A DNA stretch of 64,000 nucleotides from a virus. The number at the start of each line of letters is the position of its first letter. Positions within the stretch are counted from its first letter, which is position 1. Positions 46,655 to 55,921 of the stretch are shown piece by piece. The stretch is from the IMG/VR virus record IMGVR_UViG_3300025466_000014; one strand, 5' to 3'. The translations under genes and the position numbers were made by a program. The notes under the pieces are model-generated. The model had not been told where the DNA came from. It searched no databases and worked only from the letters and a program-made list of their open reading frames with translations.

Positions 46655-47497
46655 TTAAGAAGGTTGATAGACAGTAACCGCGTGTTGCTTAGATAACTCA
46701 GCCAGAGCTTTAAGAGGGAAAGTCATGAGGTCAACAGGCGCACCTCGGCCAAAGACAGTATCTACAAAAAGTGCTAGGTTACGTGAATGGAAGCTAGTTA
46801 CGTCGTCAGTGTGACTTAGCAGGCACCACGCGTCAATGTCTGAACCATGCCGCCCTGATTTAACTGCAACAGGAACACTTAGGCTATCAGCTAAAAATTG
46901 CCATTTGGCACTTTCAGCCAGAATTACAGGGTTAGGAGACTGCAAACCTAAAACACCGCGTACCTTTTTAAAGATTTGAGTACGGTCTTCAATGCGCTCA
47001 ATGTTAGGATAATCACCGCTTTGAATAAGATTCATCAGCGTAGCATGAGTGCGCATACGGAAGTCATCTGCGGGACGTTTGCCGTCTTCTTGGTATGGCA
47101 ATGGCGGTAAGTAAAAAACTTTGGTGTAAGTAGTCATCCAAGACTTTACCATTACTCCCAAAGCTTTTACCATCTCACTATCAGGGTGGTCAGTAAGAGC
47201 AATTGCGTACAGGTCAAGAGCAGAGCGGTCTGTAATAACTGTCGTGGCATCGCCTTTAAGCATTGCTTGTACTTCGGCATGAATTAGGTTTGTTATCATG
47301 CCATAGTGAGCAACAGGGTTAACTGGGAAGTGCACATCTGCCCAGGTAATTTTTCGGTCCTGCGAAGAAACAACTTCAGCTAGATGATGATGTTCCGATT
47401 TAAGTCGTCCAGTAACTTCGAGAGCAGTAGTCGTTTTGCCGCTGCAATTTGTTCCAGTAAAAGCAATTTTGTATTCAGAGGATTTAGGTTTAGTCAT
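46655..47497 (-). CDS. AAA_28/NadR-like P-loop kinase fused to a minimal nucleotidyltransferase-like domain
   Basis: AFTGTNCSGKTT, ITDRSALD, Y..VFYLP..YQEDGKR; C-terminal GRHGSDID..VDL. Confidence 0.65.
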   Translation of the reverse strand: MTKPKSSEYKIAFTGTNCSGKTTTALEVTGRLKSEHHHLAEVVSSQDRKITWADVHFPVNPVAHYGMITNLIHAEVQAMLKGDATTVITDRSALDLYAIALTDHPDSEMVKALGVMVKSWMTTYTKVFYLPPLPYQEDGKRPADDFRMRTHATLMNLIQSGDYPNIERIEDRTQIFKKVRGVLGLQSPNPVILAESAKWQFLADSLSVPVAVKSGRHGSDIDAWCLLSHTDDVTSFHSRNLALFVDTVFGRGAPVDLMTFPLKALAELSKQHAVTVYQPS

Positions 47498-47871
47498 GAT
47501 TTGCTGATTTTAGAGGGTTGAGAAGTGCCAATGTTTCGAGCTTTATGCTTTAATTTATCTTTATCGTAAAAGATAAATCCAGGAAAGAATGCCTTTTTAA
47601 GTTTGGCTAAGTCACAAAGCTTGTAACCAGAATGCGGTATCATAACAAGTACCTCTTCTGTTTTAGGCTTAATGCTTGCCTTATTGTAGACGCCGTCTAT
47701 CTTAACTGCGTCTACAATTGGAATACCCACAGCTTTTAGACTAGTAGGTGTGTCGTAAACTTTGCTATTAGAGGGAGCCTTCTCGCGCAACCAAGCGTCT
47801 ACTGTTATGTAGGCGCCTTCTGGCGGTTTGAAAATATAGCCTAGCACCTTGGTTCGTTTAATTGTCTTCAT
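47494..47871 (-). CDS. hypothetical protein in the modification cluster
   Basis: ATGA overlap with the kinase gene. Confidence 0.7.
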   Translation of the reverse strand: MKTIKRTKVLGYIFKPPEGAYITVDAWLREKAPSNSKVYDTPTSLKAVGIPIVDAVKIDGVYNKASIKPKTEEVLVMIPHSGYKLCDLAKLKKAFFPGFIFYDKDKLKHKARNIGTSQPSKISKS

Positions 47872-47873
47872 AT

Positions 47874-49193
47874 TTACAGAAACTTCTTTTTGTGGAAGAC
47901 CTCATAGCGGTGAACGATTTCCTTGTAGTGGTTTAGGCCACCAGGCGGGCGTGTAGGTTTAGAGAAAAGGGAATTAGTTACTTTAGGTTTCCATTCTCTG
48001 TAGCCTTTTGCCATAACAACGTTTAGGTAGTCCACAGCCTTAGCTAAAAGCTCGTAGCGACCACGCGGCATCCATTGGTCAGACAAGTCTCTCAAAGATG
48101 CTCTACCAGCAAGATAGACCTCAACTGAATCAGCTATCATGTTTTTTGTTTCTACAAAATTCCATGAATTGTGGGCTTCAATAAGCCGAGCATCCAAAAA
48201 CAGACGTTGATCAGTTATTGTACGGCAGGTAGGGCATCTGCAAGTAGAACCTACTGGTGTCTTTTGCGTTCTTTTAACGTCGTTAGATCGGGTTGCGTCC
48301 GCGCCTAAACCGTAGCAGTAAGTACCGTTAATAGAGGCCATGCGGTAGCTAACCGAATCTCCACCGCAGCGTTTAACGTAATTTGTACCTGCCATAATAG
48401 CGTACAAGATAACCCAAAAGTTAGACGTAACGCCCAAAAAGTGAAAGTACTCTGTGTTATCTCTAAGACGGTCAATAACCGCTAATCCGTTAGTCAACGC
48501 GGTCATGATTCGATGGTTACTGTCTCCCTCAACCAGCGTATTCAATCCCGCAATTGCAACTACCTTAGAACTGCGCTTAAGCCCGTCAATACGCCTTAAA
48601 CGATTAGCCACACTTGAACCTTGCGATATGAGCGCAAGTATTTTGCCCTCTTCAAGCTTCGGTAGCATGTAGTCATCGTTTGCCCGCATCATCTTTGTCA
48701 CAGCGTCAAAGTAATAGGGCTCTACGTTAGCTGGTAGGGGCAAATCCAGAGGCATACAAATGTCACCGAATTTGTTGTAGAAAGTCAGGAGGTCGTCAGG
48801 GTTAACAAACTCTGTAGTGCCTCGAAGCATCTGAAACCCGCCCGAGTCTACAATTATTTTCTTACCGAAAGGTTTCGCGTTTACATGAAACGTGTTGGTT
48901 GCATGGTAAGGGTTAATAAGCAGAATAGGCTCAGTGGGGCAGTCCAAAGATATAAGTGGTACTACCTGATCAAAGTCCAAATCTCCTAACTGACTAGGCA
49001 GCAACTTATCACGCGAGGTTTTGACCACAATGTAGATTGTGCGGTCAGGTAAATAGACAATTGAAAGGCGCGAGCTGTATCGCTCTAAACCTTGTGGATG
49101 CTTGGGTTTGCCGAATTTAACATAGGCGTGTGTCTCGCAACTATGCCAACTTTCTACCCCAGCTAACACCATGTGTACTCGATTACGTAGCAT
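47874..49193 (-). CDS. dpdA: TGT-fold guanine transglycosylase, DpdA-like
   Basis: VDSGGFQ, PLDLP, SQG, HFLGV, GDSVSY, zinc site CRCPTC..HN; next to folE/queD/queE. Confidence 0.8.
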   Translation of the reverse strand: MLRNRVHMVLAGVESWHSCETHAYVKFGKPKHPQGLERYSSRLSIVYLPDRTIYIVVKTSRDKLLPSQLGDLDFDQVVPLISLDCPTEPILLINPYHATNTFHVNAKPFGKKIIVDSGGFQMLRGTTEFVNPDDLLTFYNKFGDICMPLDLPLPANVEPYYFDAVTKMMRANDDYMLPKLEEGKILALISQGSSVANRLRRIDGLKRSSKVVAIAGLNTLVEGDSNHRIMTALTNGLAVIDRLRDNTEYFHFLGVTSNFWVILYAIMAGTNYVKRCGGDSVSYRMASINGTYCYGLGADATRSNDVKRTQKTPVGSTCRCPTCRTITDQRLFLDARLIEAHNSWNFVETKNMIADSVEVYLAGRASLRDLSDQWMPRGRYELLAKAVDYLNVVMAKGYREWKPKVTNSLFSKPTRPPGGLNHYKEIVHRYEVFHKKKFL

Positions 49194-50304
49194 GAATTTC
49201 TCGAATCATTTGCTGCATTGGTTGCTTTAGGTAAGGCGCTGCGTAGAGATACGGTGCCGCAAAGTCTGGGTATTCCATAAGGTATTCCAGTTTTTCAAGA
49301 GCGTTTTCGTTAGTAAACAGAAACCGTTTGTCATATTGCATTAGTTCTTCATGAGAAGACTCTCCGCACAGTAGTAGGGGTTGGCATCGGTAGATAGCCG
49401 CTTCCATTAGAGCATAACCAAAATTCTCTTCCGGAGAGTGAGATACCATAACCATTGACTCTGCAAGATATTTATGGTACTCTTTTTTAGATATGCCACT
49501 CTTAATTTCTAGTACGCCTTGTGATTCCAGTAATCGGGCGTATTCAACTAGAGAAGGATCGTTACTGCGAAACTCTTTTCTTCCAGTTGTAATCAAGAAA
49601 GTCCAATCAGGATGTACGTCTTTAGCCCACATAAAGAGGTCTAGGGTAGCTCTAGGGTTTTTCTCTGAGTCAAAACGGTTAGTAAGAAGTATCTGTTTCT
49701 TCTTAGAAACTTTATAATTTGGATAATACTTCTTAAACATTGGGTTACCGGTAACCACAAGTTTTTTGCAAATCTCGTTAAAAGTTTGGTCAGACTTTAT
49801 AAGTGACCCTCGCCGTGCAATGATTGCTTTACGATGATAGTGTGAACCTACAAAGACCTTATCAAAAGCGGCAAACCAGCCTAGCTCCGTATACTGCTGA
49901 TAAGGTGCCGCGATTTCAAAAGCATCGCCGCGTGTGTAGGATGCTGCATGTAAAAATCCAAATAGTTTAACTTCTACTTTATTCATCTGCGCCATTAGCC
50001 TAACAGACTCGACGCCCCAGAATTCAATGTCACTAAAGAAAATCACTGTACCTGATTGAACACTACCCGAATCGAAAAGAGCAGCCAACTGCATTAGTTG
50101 GCTGCACTTGTAATGTATAGTAGAGTTAATGTCTAAGAATGCACCTACATTAATGGTATTGTCTTGTAGGGGCTTACCGTCAATAACGGTAACGTCAAAA
50201 CCACCCCTTTTAAATTCTACAGGAAATTGCTCATACCACTGTTCCGTATAACGCTCTGTAAGAGGTTCAATTGGAATAAGAAGCATTGGCACGTTTTTAG
50301 GCAT
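49183..50304 (-). CDS. GT-B fold (GT4-like) glycosyltransferase
   Basis: Start MPKNVP; LLTNRFDSEKN, EENFGYALMEA (E-x7-E motif). Confidence 0.82.
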   Translation of the reverse strand: MPKNVPMLLIPIEPLTERYTEQWYEQFPVEFKRGGFDVTVIDGKPLQDNTINVGAFLDINSTIHYKCSQLMQLAALFDSGSVQSGTVIFFSDIEFWGVESVRLMAQMNKVEVKLFGFLHAASYTRGDAFEIAAPYQQYTELGWFAAFDKVFVGSHYHRKAIIARRGSLIKSDQTFNEICKKLVVTGNPMFKKYYPNYKVSKKKQILLTNRFDSEKNPRATLDLFMWAKDVHPDWTFLITTGRKEFRSNDPSLVEYARLLESQGVLEIKSGISKKEYHKYLAESMVMVSHSPEENFGYALMEAAIYRCQPLLLCGESSHEELMQYDKRFLFTNENALEKLEYLMEYPDFAAPYLYAAPYLKQPMQQMIREIHAT

Positions 50305-50713
50305 AAATATCCAGGTCGTTGTTAAAATCAGAAGGTTCGGTGCAAACTGCTGCACCCATAGGGAAGACGAATACGTTGCGATCTTCTTCAAACTTGAGTT
50401 GATCAGTGTTTTTCATAAAACACAAGTCTGAGTATTTAGGATTACGCACCATCAAGGTTATGTTGTTTGGACGCGCCGGGCACCGTTGCGCAACTGTTAC
50501 CTCGATAGTTATTAAAGTACTGGGAAACGTATCGGCTAAAACTTTGTAGTCTAAAGTGTTCTGTTCGTCGCTAACGTAGAGATGACTAACCAAATGTTTT
50601 TTAAGGGCACTGTAGACCGTCTGTACGCCGTTACCGTCTCTTAGGGCATTAGCATCACAAAAAATAGTAGGTACGCCTTTAAGCCTACCCTCTGCCTCAA
50701 TTCCGTATTTCAT
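50297..50713 (-). CDS. hypothetical protein in the modification cluster
   Basis: Overlaps both neighbours. Confidence 0.7.
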   Translation of the reverse strand: MKYGIEAEGRLKGVPTIFCDANALRDGNGVQTVYSALKKHLVSHLYVSDEQNTLDYKVLADTFPSTLITIEVTVAQRCPARPNNITLMVRNPKYSDLCFMKNTDQLKFEEDRNVFVFPMGAAVCTEPSDFNNDLDIYA

Positions 50714-51384
50714 GCTGAATATTCCTTTCCTTTAAATTCTACCTTAAAGGGCATGTTGTTAGTCTTTATTAGATGGTCTAGCAAATTTTCTAGACTTAGC
50801 CATACGCCAGTGACAAGTTTGTCGCAGGTAACTTTAGCAGTGCTTAACTCCGTTTCAAGCTTACCGTAAACAGTATAGTTGGTATGAACCTCAACATTGT
50901 AGACAGTGCTGACTTGAATGTCCGAATCAACTATGTTTTCAAACAGGTAATAGCTTGCGTTGTTTTCCCAAAGAGCTTTTTGCGATGGATACAGGTTGTT
51001 AAGAGCTTGATATTTTTTAATGTGGTCTTTTTCGGATAAGACTACACGATTTCGACAGGCTTCTAGGTCAACTGAGTAATATTTAATGTCGCTACTAAAG
51101 CTACGGTAATGCCTATTTATAGTTTTGTGGTGCTCGTGATTGTCTTTAATTGACGGAAGAAGTATTTTCTTTCCCCAGACAAGAGAAGTCTTAAGGGGAG
51201 AAAAGAGTTCTTGAAAGTGTGCATTAAAGCCAAAATACTCGGCAGCCTTTAAAGCTTCGCGTTTACGCTCGTCATTTAAATCAAAAAAGTAGAGCACGTC
51301 TGATACTTTACCAGCATTTAGCAGAGACCAGCATCCAATAATTTCGTCGTCAGCATGAGGAGCAAATATGATAGTGTTTTTCAC
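50710..51384 (-). CDS. PIG-L/LmbE-family N-acetylglucosamine deacetylase
   Basis: IIFAPHADDEIIGC; DNHEHH; K..AL..YPSQ. Confidence 0.85.
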   Translation of the reverse strand: MKNTIIFAPHADDEIIGCWSLLNAGKVSDVLYFFDLNDERKREALKAAEYFGFNAHFQELFSPLKTSLVWGKKILLPSIKDNHEHHKTINRHYRSFSSDIKYYSVDLEACRNRVVLSEKDHIKKYQALNNLYPSQKALWENNASYYLFENIVDSDIQVSTVYNVEVHTNYTVYGKLETELSTAKVTCDKLVTGVWLSLENLLDHLIKTNNMPFKVEFKGKEYSA

Positions 51385-51400
51385 AGACGTGCCTCTAAAT

Positions 51401-51976
51401 TTAAATCAAACTAAGAAGTTTTGTTTCTTCTACGTACTCTAGACTGAAGGGCAGATGATTCTTGTAAATACACGCCCATACGTCCGAGTCTGACCAGTCG
51501 AAAAAGGGGAAAACAAACGTCATACCGAACATAGAGTTCGGTTCAATAAGATTCATGTCCACGCGAGATACGTGCAGCCCATTGCGAACAAAATTAGCGG
51601 AGCGATCCAGCCTAGTATACTCGGAGCGACGTGAACCGTCAAACTGTGTCTTGTATTTGGGATTGTTACCCAAAGCACGAGGCCAGTAGGTAATAGGAAA
51701 CGGGCGTTGGTAAAGAAATTCCAGCGTATCAGGATGAATTGCGTTGTCGCCGCCCGGCTTAGAAGTATGAATAATGTCAACTTCATTTAGTTGCGTAATA
51801 ATAGACTTGGAAAGCAACCATTGATTAACTACCGAATCTTTACCACCAGAGTGACCTGCACAGGCAGGATACTCAATCTTATCCACAAGACTATCTAGAC
51901 GTTCTAGAGTAAATTGGACTTTTTCGTCAATTCCCAAAAGAGCAGAACGAATGGAGCTTACTGTTAATTCGGACAT
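51401..51976 (-). CDS. PAPS-reductase-family PP-loop adenine nucleotide hydrolase
   Basis: HSGGKDS, DGSRRSE, FPFFDWSDSDVW; no C-terminal ECG redox motif. Confidence 0.8.
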   Translation of the reverse strand: MSELTVSSIRSALLGIDEKVQFTLERLDSLVDKIEYPACAGHSGGKDSVVNQWLLSKSIITQLNEVDIIHTSKPGGDNAIHPDTLEFLYQRPFPITYWPRALGNNPKYKTQFDGSRRSEYTRLDRSANFVRNGLHVSRVDMNLIEPNSMFGMTFVFPFFDWSDSDVWACIYKNHLPFSLEYVEETKLLSLI

Positions 51977-51985
51977 ATATAACCT

Positions 51986-52339
51986 TTAATTAGAGATTAC
52001 GGCACCGCACTCGCCGTCTTCAGACACTTCAATTTCCAAGGTACGGCCTGGATACTTTTCAATAAGAATGTCCATTAGTTCCTCAGCTAGCATCTCACAA
52101 GACTTGTAATCGAGTTCTAGGGTGCCAGCTGAATACTGAGAAGTACAAAAGTTTAAAAACTGATGGAATTCAATTTCGCGGTCATCATGATAAACGTTAA
52201 CCGAAACGCGAAACTTAAAAAGGTGCCTATGAGGACTTTTAAGATAGGCGACATCTTCAGGAGCATTTGGGTAGCAGTGAATTCCAGGCAACGCAAAGGT
52301 TACCCAGATTTTACGTTGAACAAGAAGGTTGTTTTTCAT
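51986..52339 (-). CDS. QueD-fold paralog (candidate DpdL-like)
   Basis: IWVTF..GIHCYP..HRHLFKFRV..DREIEF..SCEMLAE..VSEDGE; T-fold pattern without CxxxHGH. Confidence 0.65.
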   Translation of the reverse strand: MKNNLLVQRKIWVTFALPGIHCYPNAPEDVAYLKSPHRHLFKFRVSVNVYHDDREIEFHQFLNFCTSQYSAGTLELDYKSCEMLAEELMDILIEKYPGRTLEIEVSEDGECGAVISN

Positions 52340-52341
52340 TA

Positions 52342-52352
52342 TATTTACGGTT
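52342..52352 (-). promoter_or_regulatory. putative phage promoter AACCGTAAATA
   Basis: Motif variant between the queE stop and the next ATG. Confidence 0.4.
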
Positions 52353-53155
52353 TAAGGGATTGCAGTAAACAGATGACCCTGCAAGGACAGAAGGAGGTTG
52401 TGCTTCATTGCGTAAGCCGCAGCATAAGCGTAATTCTTAGCAGTTTTCTCTTTGTTAATTAGTGTGTCATCCCAGATAGACGAAACCTCGCCTTCATAGG
52501 GTCGCAGATACTCTGCCATAGGGCTAACATAAACTGCACACCACTCTTCAGTGCCTCTAGAAAGCGCAAGTGCCCATTCCGGTATTTCGTGGTGGTTACC
52601 TTCTTCTGCAGATACCACAAATTTTAAAACGTCTGTGTAGGCTCTAACTATTGGAGACAACGGCATGTAGCCTTTAGGACTTGCCTTAGGACTGCATACT
52701 ACAAAGAAATTAAACTCTTGTGCGTACTGACCTTCGTATGCTGCAAAAAATGCAGCCTGTGTTCCGTTTGTTTCCAGTTGAACAACTGTACTTCGGTTAG
52801 CTTTTATCTTTTTAATAACCTCTAAAAGATAATGCTGCAACGTAGGTTCGCCGCCAGTAAAAACAATAATGTCAGTGGGGCGCCAGCCTTGGTTACGCAT
52901 TTCTAAAAGCAATTCGTCGGCGGTATAATGTTTTGCTTCCTCAATTCCGAAGAAGGTGTCGCAGAATCGGCAATGGGAATCCTTGGCGCCAAAGTTGCAA
53001 CCAGCCAAACGTATAAACATCGCAGGATGACCTGTGTAGGGACCCTCACTTTGAATAGTGCGAAAAATAGAAGTAACGTAAAGTTTTTTTGCGTCTTTAA
53101 AGTAAGTAGAGTTAACTGGAATATCTCGATGCATTGTTACAATTTTTGAAGTCAT
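52352..53155 (-). CDS. queE: 7-carboxy-7-deazaguanine synthase (radical SAM)
   Basis: IFRTIQSEG..G..FIRLAGCN..CRFCDT (widened cysteine spacing), FTGGEP, ETNG, VCSPK, LSLQGH. Confidence 0.93.
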   Translation of the reverse strand: MTSKIVTMHRDIPVNSTYFKDAKKLYVTSIFRTIQSEGPYTGHPAMFIRLAGCNFGAKDSHCRFCDTFFGIEEAKHYTADELLLEMRNQGWRPTDIIVFTGGEPTLQHYLLEVIKKIKANRSTVVQLETNGTQAAFFAAYEGQYAQEFNFFVVCSPKASPKGYMPLSPIVRAYTDVLKFVVSAEEGNHHEIPEWALALSRGTEEWCAVYVSPMAEYLRPYEGEVSSIWDDTLINKEKTAKNYAYAAAYAMKHNLLLSLQGHLFTAIP

Positions 53156-53158
53156 TTT

Positions 53159-53635
53159 TTACTCCCAGAGTTTTGCGTCTTCGCGATGACCAACCACCAT
53201 TGCCATGTTGTTGTCTGTTTCACGGACTTCAACACGAGAACACCAAACGCGTTCTGCCTCGCCGTTACCAAAGGAGGGCAAGAAAATTGTGTTAATGTAC
53301 TCGTACAAAAAGGATGCGATGCCTTCGCATCCAGTTTTTTCTACTTCAGTAATTTTGGCTAAACCGAGTTTACCTAGATTTAAAAGCGCCTCACGCTGAG
53401 GGTCGTCTGCCGCAACTAGGAGTGTATGGTCAAACCACTCCTCTAATTTGTCTTTGAGTGGCCGTAGTCCGCCGAAGTCCAGAACCCAATTGCGAGCATC
53501 TAGAGTATCCGCCTCAAATTCAAAATAAAAGGATAGTGCGTAACCATGGATTTTATTACAGTGCGAATTGGCACGCCATTGCCGATAAGCGACAGGCGCT
53601 ATCTGCTTGTAGGTTTTTGTAGAAATGAATTTCAT
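53159..53635 (-). CDS. queD: 6-carboxy-5,6,7,8-tetrahydropterin synthase
   Basis: CNKIHGY, WVLDFGGL, FDHTLL, TGCE, VEVRET. Confidence 0.92.
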   Translation of the reverse strand: MKFISTKTYKQIAPVAYRQWRANSHCNKIHGYALSFYFEFEADTLDARNWVLDFGGLRPLKDKLEEWFDHTLLVAADDPQREALLNLGKLGLAKITEVEKTGCEGIASFLYEYINTIFLPSFGNGEAERVWCSRVEVRETDNNMAMVVGHREDAKLWE

Positions 53636-53657
53636 AAGTTAACTCCGTTAAAAATAT

Positions 53658-54044
53658 CTATTTACAGTTGTTTGTTGATACTATCTTAGGCCTCAAAACC
53701 GTAAGGAACTCTCTTAGCCTTTCCATTTGCGCCTCGGAAAGATTAAAATTTATGTTTAACGTCTTTGCTTCTCTATCCTTTTGAAGGACAAAAGGAGCAG
53801 GATGCAGAATGTCTATTAGCGTAGACCAAGACACATCAGACGAGAAGTAGACTAGTGCCCAGGTGTTTCTTTGATCTAGTCGTACAAAATCTTTTAAGGC
53901 AAATATTTTCCCTAATTGCTCCTGAGTTAGAACGCCGTCTACCCATAAGGCACGTTCCCAGTGAACTAGTGCGTAGTTCCTAGCCTGCGCAGCATTTTTG
54001 AAAGCTGGTCTATTTTCGATTGCGGACAATTCCCGGGGTCCCAT
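53658..54044 (-). CDS. hypothetical protein
   Basis: SD GGAG upstream; between primase and queD. Confidence 0.65.
   Translation of the reverse strand: MGPRELSAIENRPAFKNAAQARNYALVHWERALWVDGVLTQEQLGKIFALKDFVRLDQRNTWALVYFSSDVSWSTLIDILHPAPFVLQKDREAKTLNINFNLSEAQMERLREFLTVLRPKIVSTNNCK
53659..53669 (-). promoter_or_regulatory. putative phage promoter AACTGTAAATA
   Basis: Exact motif 24 nt before the queD start. Confidence 0.55.
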
Positions 54045-54985
54045 AGCGTAACTCCTTTAGACTTAGCAGCCTTAGAAGGTTCGTCTTCGTCCTCAAATTC
54101 ATGATACGGAGAGTCTTTTCCCCTCAGGGAGAAAACGCGAGTTTCCATCATGCCTTTAAGTGTAGGTAATATTAAATCTTCTGCACGTTTGCCTGCGTCG
54201 TCTCCGTCCATCATAAGTACCACGTACTTGGCTCCGGACAGTTCTAGATTTCTAGACTTAACAGGTGACCAAGATTGTGTACCTAGAACAGCAACTGCGG
54301 GAATTTTCAAGTTCAGCAGCCTTAGAGCGTCACGCGGACCTTCAACTAAAACTAGATAGTTAAGACCTTGCGCTCGCATCATCCTAACAGAATAGTCATA
54401 GGGAAACAAACCGCTTTGTGCAGACCAACCGCCTGTAGAGTTTATGTAGGAAGTTTCGCCAGGTATCTTTTTTAAACGTGCCTTAATGTAGCCTTTGAGT
54501 TCACCACGAATCTCTACAGGTAAAAACACAAACTTTTCGTCTGACCAAGACTGTTTGCAAACAGCCGCACCTATGTCTATGAGAAGGTTTGTAGGTATCT
54601 TGCGCCACAATTTGTTCTTAGGGAGCGGTGAAAACGTTAGATTGTCTTTTTTTCTCTTCTCAGAGTCTTCCTTTGTTAGTACCTTATGCGTGTACTGAAC
54701 CGAAGGTTTCTGGTGTGCGAAAGCTTTTAAACCTATGCGTGGTGCTAGATCATCCCATTTAGATGTAGCACCGCAACCGTAACACTTAAAGTAACCAGGT
54801 GACCGCGAATTCGGAGAATAGAAAATTCTACCAGAAGGAGTTTTTTCAGAATGAAACGGGCATGGAATAAAAATTGAATGCTCGTTAATTTTCTTCTTAA
54901 CTCCTGAATAGCTGTTTAGTTGGTTTACAACAAATTCATATCGACGACGCACCAAAGAGGCGTCGCTCAATTGCGTTGAGGGCAT
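53966..54985 (-). CDS. dnaG: DnaG-like primase
   Basis: Zinc finger CPFHSEKTPS..CYGC; TOPRIM LVEGPRD, MDGDDAG. Confidence 0.92.
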   Translation of the reverse strand: MPSTQLSDASLVRRRYEFVVNQLNSYSGVKKKINEHSIFIPCPFHSEKTPSGRIFYSPNSRSPGYFKCYGCGATSKWDDLAPRIGLKAFAHQKPSVQYTHKVLTKEDSEKRKKDNLTFSPLPKNKLWRKIPTNLLIDIGAAVCKQSWSDEKFVFLPVEIRGELKGYIKARLKKIPGETSYINSTGGWSAQSGLFPYDYSVRMMRAQGLNYLVLVEGPRDALRLLNLKIPAVAVLGTQSWSPVKSRNLELSGAKYVVLMMDGDDAGKRAEDLILPTLKGMMETRVFSLRGKDSPYHEFEDEDEPSKAAKSKGVTLWDPGNCPQSKIDQLSKMLRRLGTTH

Positions 54986-55565
54986 ATAGAGTAGAAGGAT
55001 GATTTTTATTTAGACGCCACCATTTGGAACACAGAATCTCTCCGGGTAAAAATACAGCACCGCGTTGCAAAACAGGCATCCTGTAAACTAGGTACCTTAA
55101 AGGTTTTGCGTCTAGAACAGATTGAAAAAATTCTTGGCTGGCAGTCCACATAAGGTACGTGTATTCTAATTCAACGTCGTGCAGTCCATAAAAATACAAA
55201 GGTGTATCGTTTGTAAGTACGGCTAAGCTACCATGAGTAGAATTAGAAATGTTATTTACAATTCCAACAAAAGACGAAGATAGGTTAGGAAGAATTAGGT
55301 TAAGCTTGCCGCGATAGTTAGCGTGGTCGTACTCTGAATCTAAAAATTCCATTAGCGAACCAAACTCTGAAAGCTCTGAAGAGGCAAAGATAGTTACGCG
55401 TTTGTCTCTTGATGGAATATTCAGACTTTTATTTTCAAACTTTGTGTCAAAAGCCCACTGACCTCGATTACGTGCATTTATGTGATTACCTTTATAGGTA
55501 CCCTTAAACACAGGTAACGGTATGGGCAGCTGAGGGCCGCCTAATGAAAAGTATCCATTTAGCAT
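54936..55565 (-). CDS. hypothetical protein
   Basis: Between polA and dnaG. Confidence 0.65.
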   Translation of the reverse strand: MLNGYFSLGGPQLPIPLPVFKGTYKGNHINARNRGQWAFDTKFENKSLNIPSRDKRVTIFASSELSEFGSLMEFLDSEYDHANYRGKLNLILPNLSSSFVGIVNNISNSTHGSLAVLTNDTPLYFYGLHDVELEYTYLMWTASQEFFQSVLDAKPLRYLVYRMPVLQRGAVFLPGEILCSKWWRLNKNHPSTLYALNAIERRLFGASSI

Positions 55566-55585
55566 TTAAATTCTCTTTCTAGCTA

Positions 55586-55921
55586 TTAGTGGATAAGCTC
55601 AGGCTTTATAGGCGCCATGGTAATTGGGTTACCTTGCACAGTACCTCCATATTGATAGACAAGCTCCACAGGAAATAGCGCGTCAACACAGGTGTTAACC
55701 CTGGCTATAATCTCACGCAACAAAACTGTAGGTTGTAGAGTAAAGATTTCTGTAGAGTAAATCTCTCTTTTATACACGCAGCGACTCTCTCCCTTGCTGT
55801 ACCTAAGGCTATACTCTGCAAAAATAAATTGGTGGCCTTTTGCAGAAGGTATGCAGATAAAATGCAGCAAGGGCGGCTCTAAAGACGTCCATAAAAATTC
55901 GTCAACTTTGTTTGCTATCAT
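55586..55921 (-). CDS. hypothetical protein
   Basis: Overlaps the polA end. Confidence 0.6.
   Translation of the reverse strand: MIANKVDEFLWTSLEPPLLHFICIPSAKGHQFIFAEYSLRYSKGESRCVYKREIYSTEIFTLQPTVLLREIIARVNTCVDALFPVELVYQYGGTVQGNPITMAPIKPELIH

Noticed and set aside
47874-49193. TGT-fold protein as a tRNA-queuine transglycosylase
   Set aside because: Not excluded, but less likely: sits in a phage precursor-synthesis operon near primase/polA, has an extra N-terminal region, and no queA/queF is in the window
51401-51976. SGGKDS protein as QueC
   Set aside because: Lacks the QueC zinc-binding Cys motif and QueC layout; has PAPS-reductase-family GxRxxE and PxxxW..DVW motifs instead
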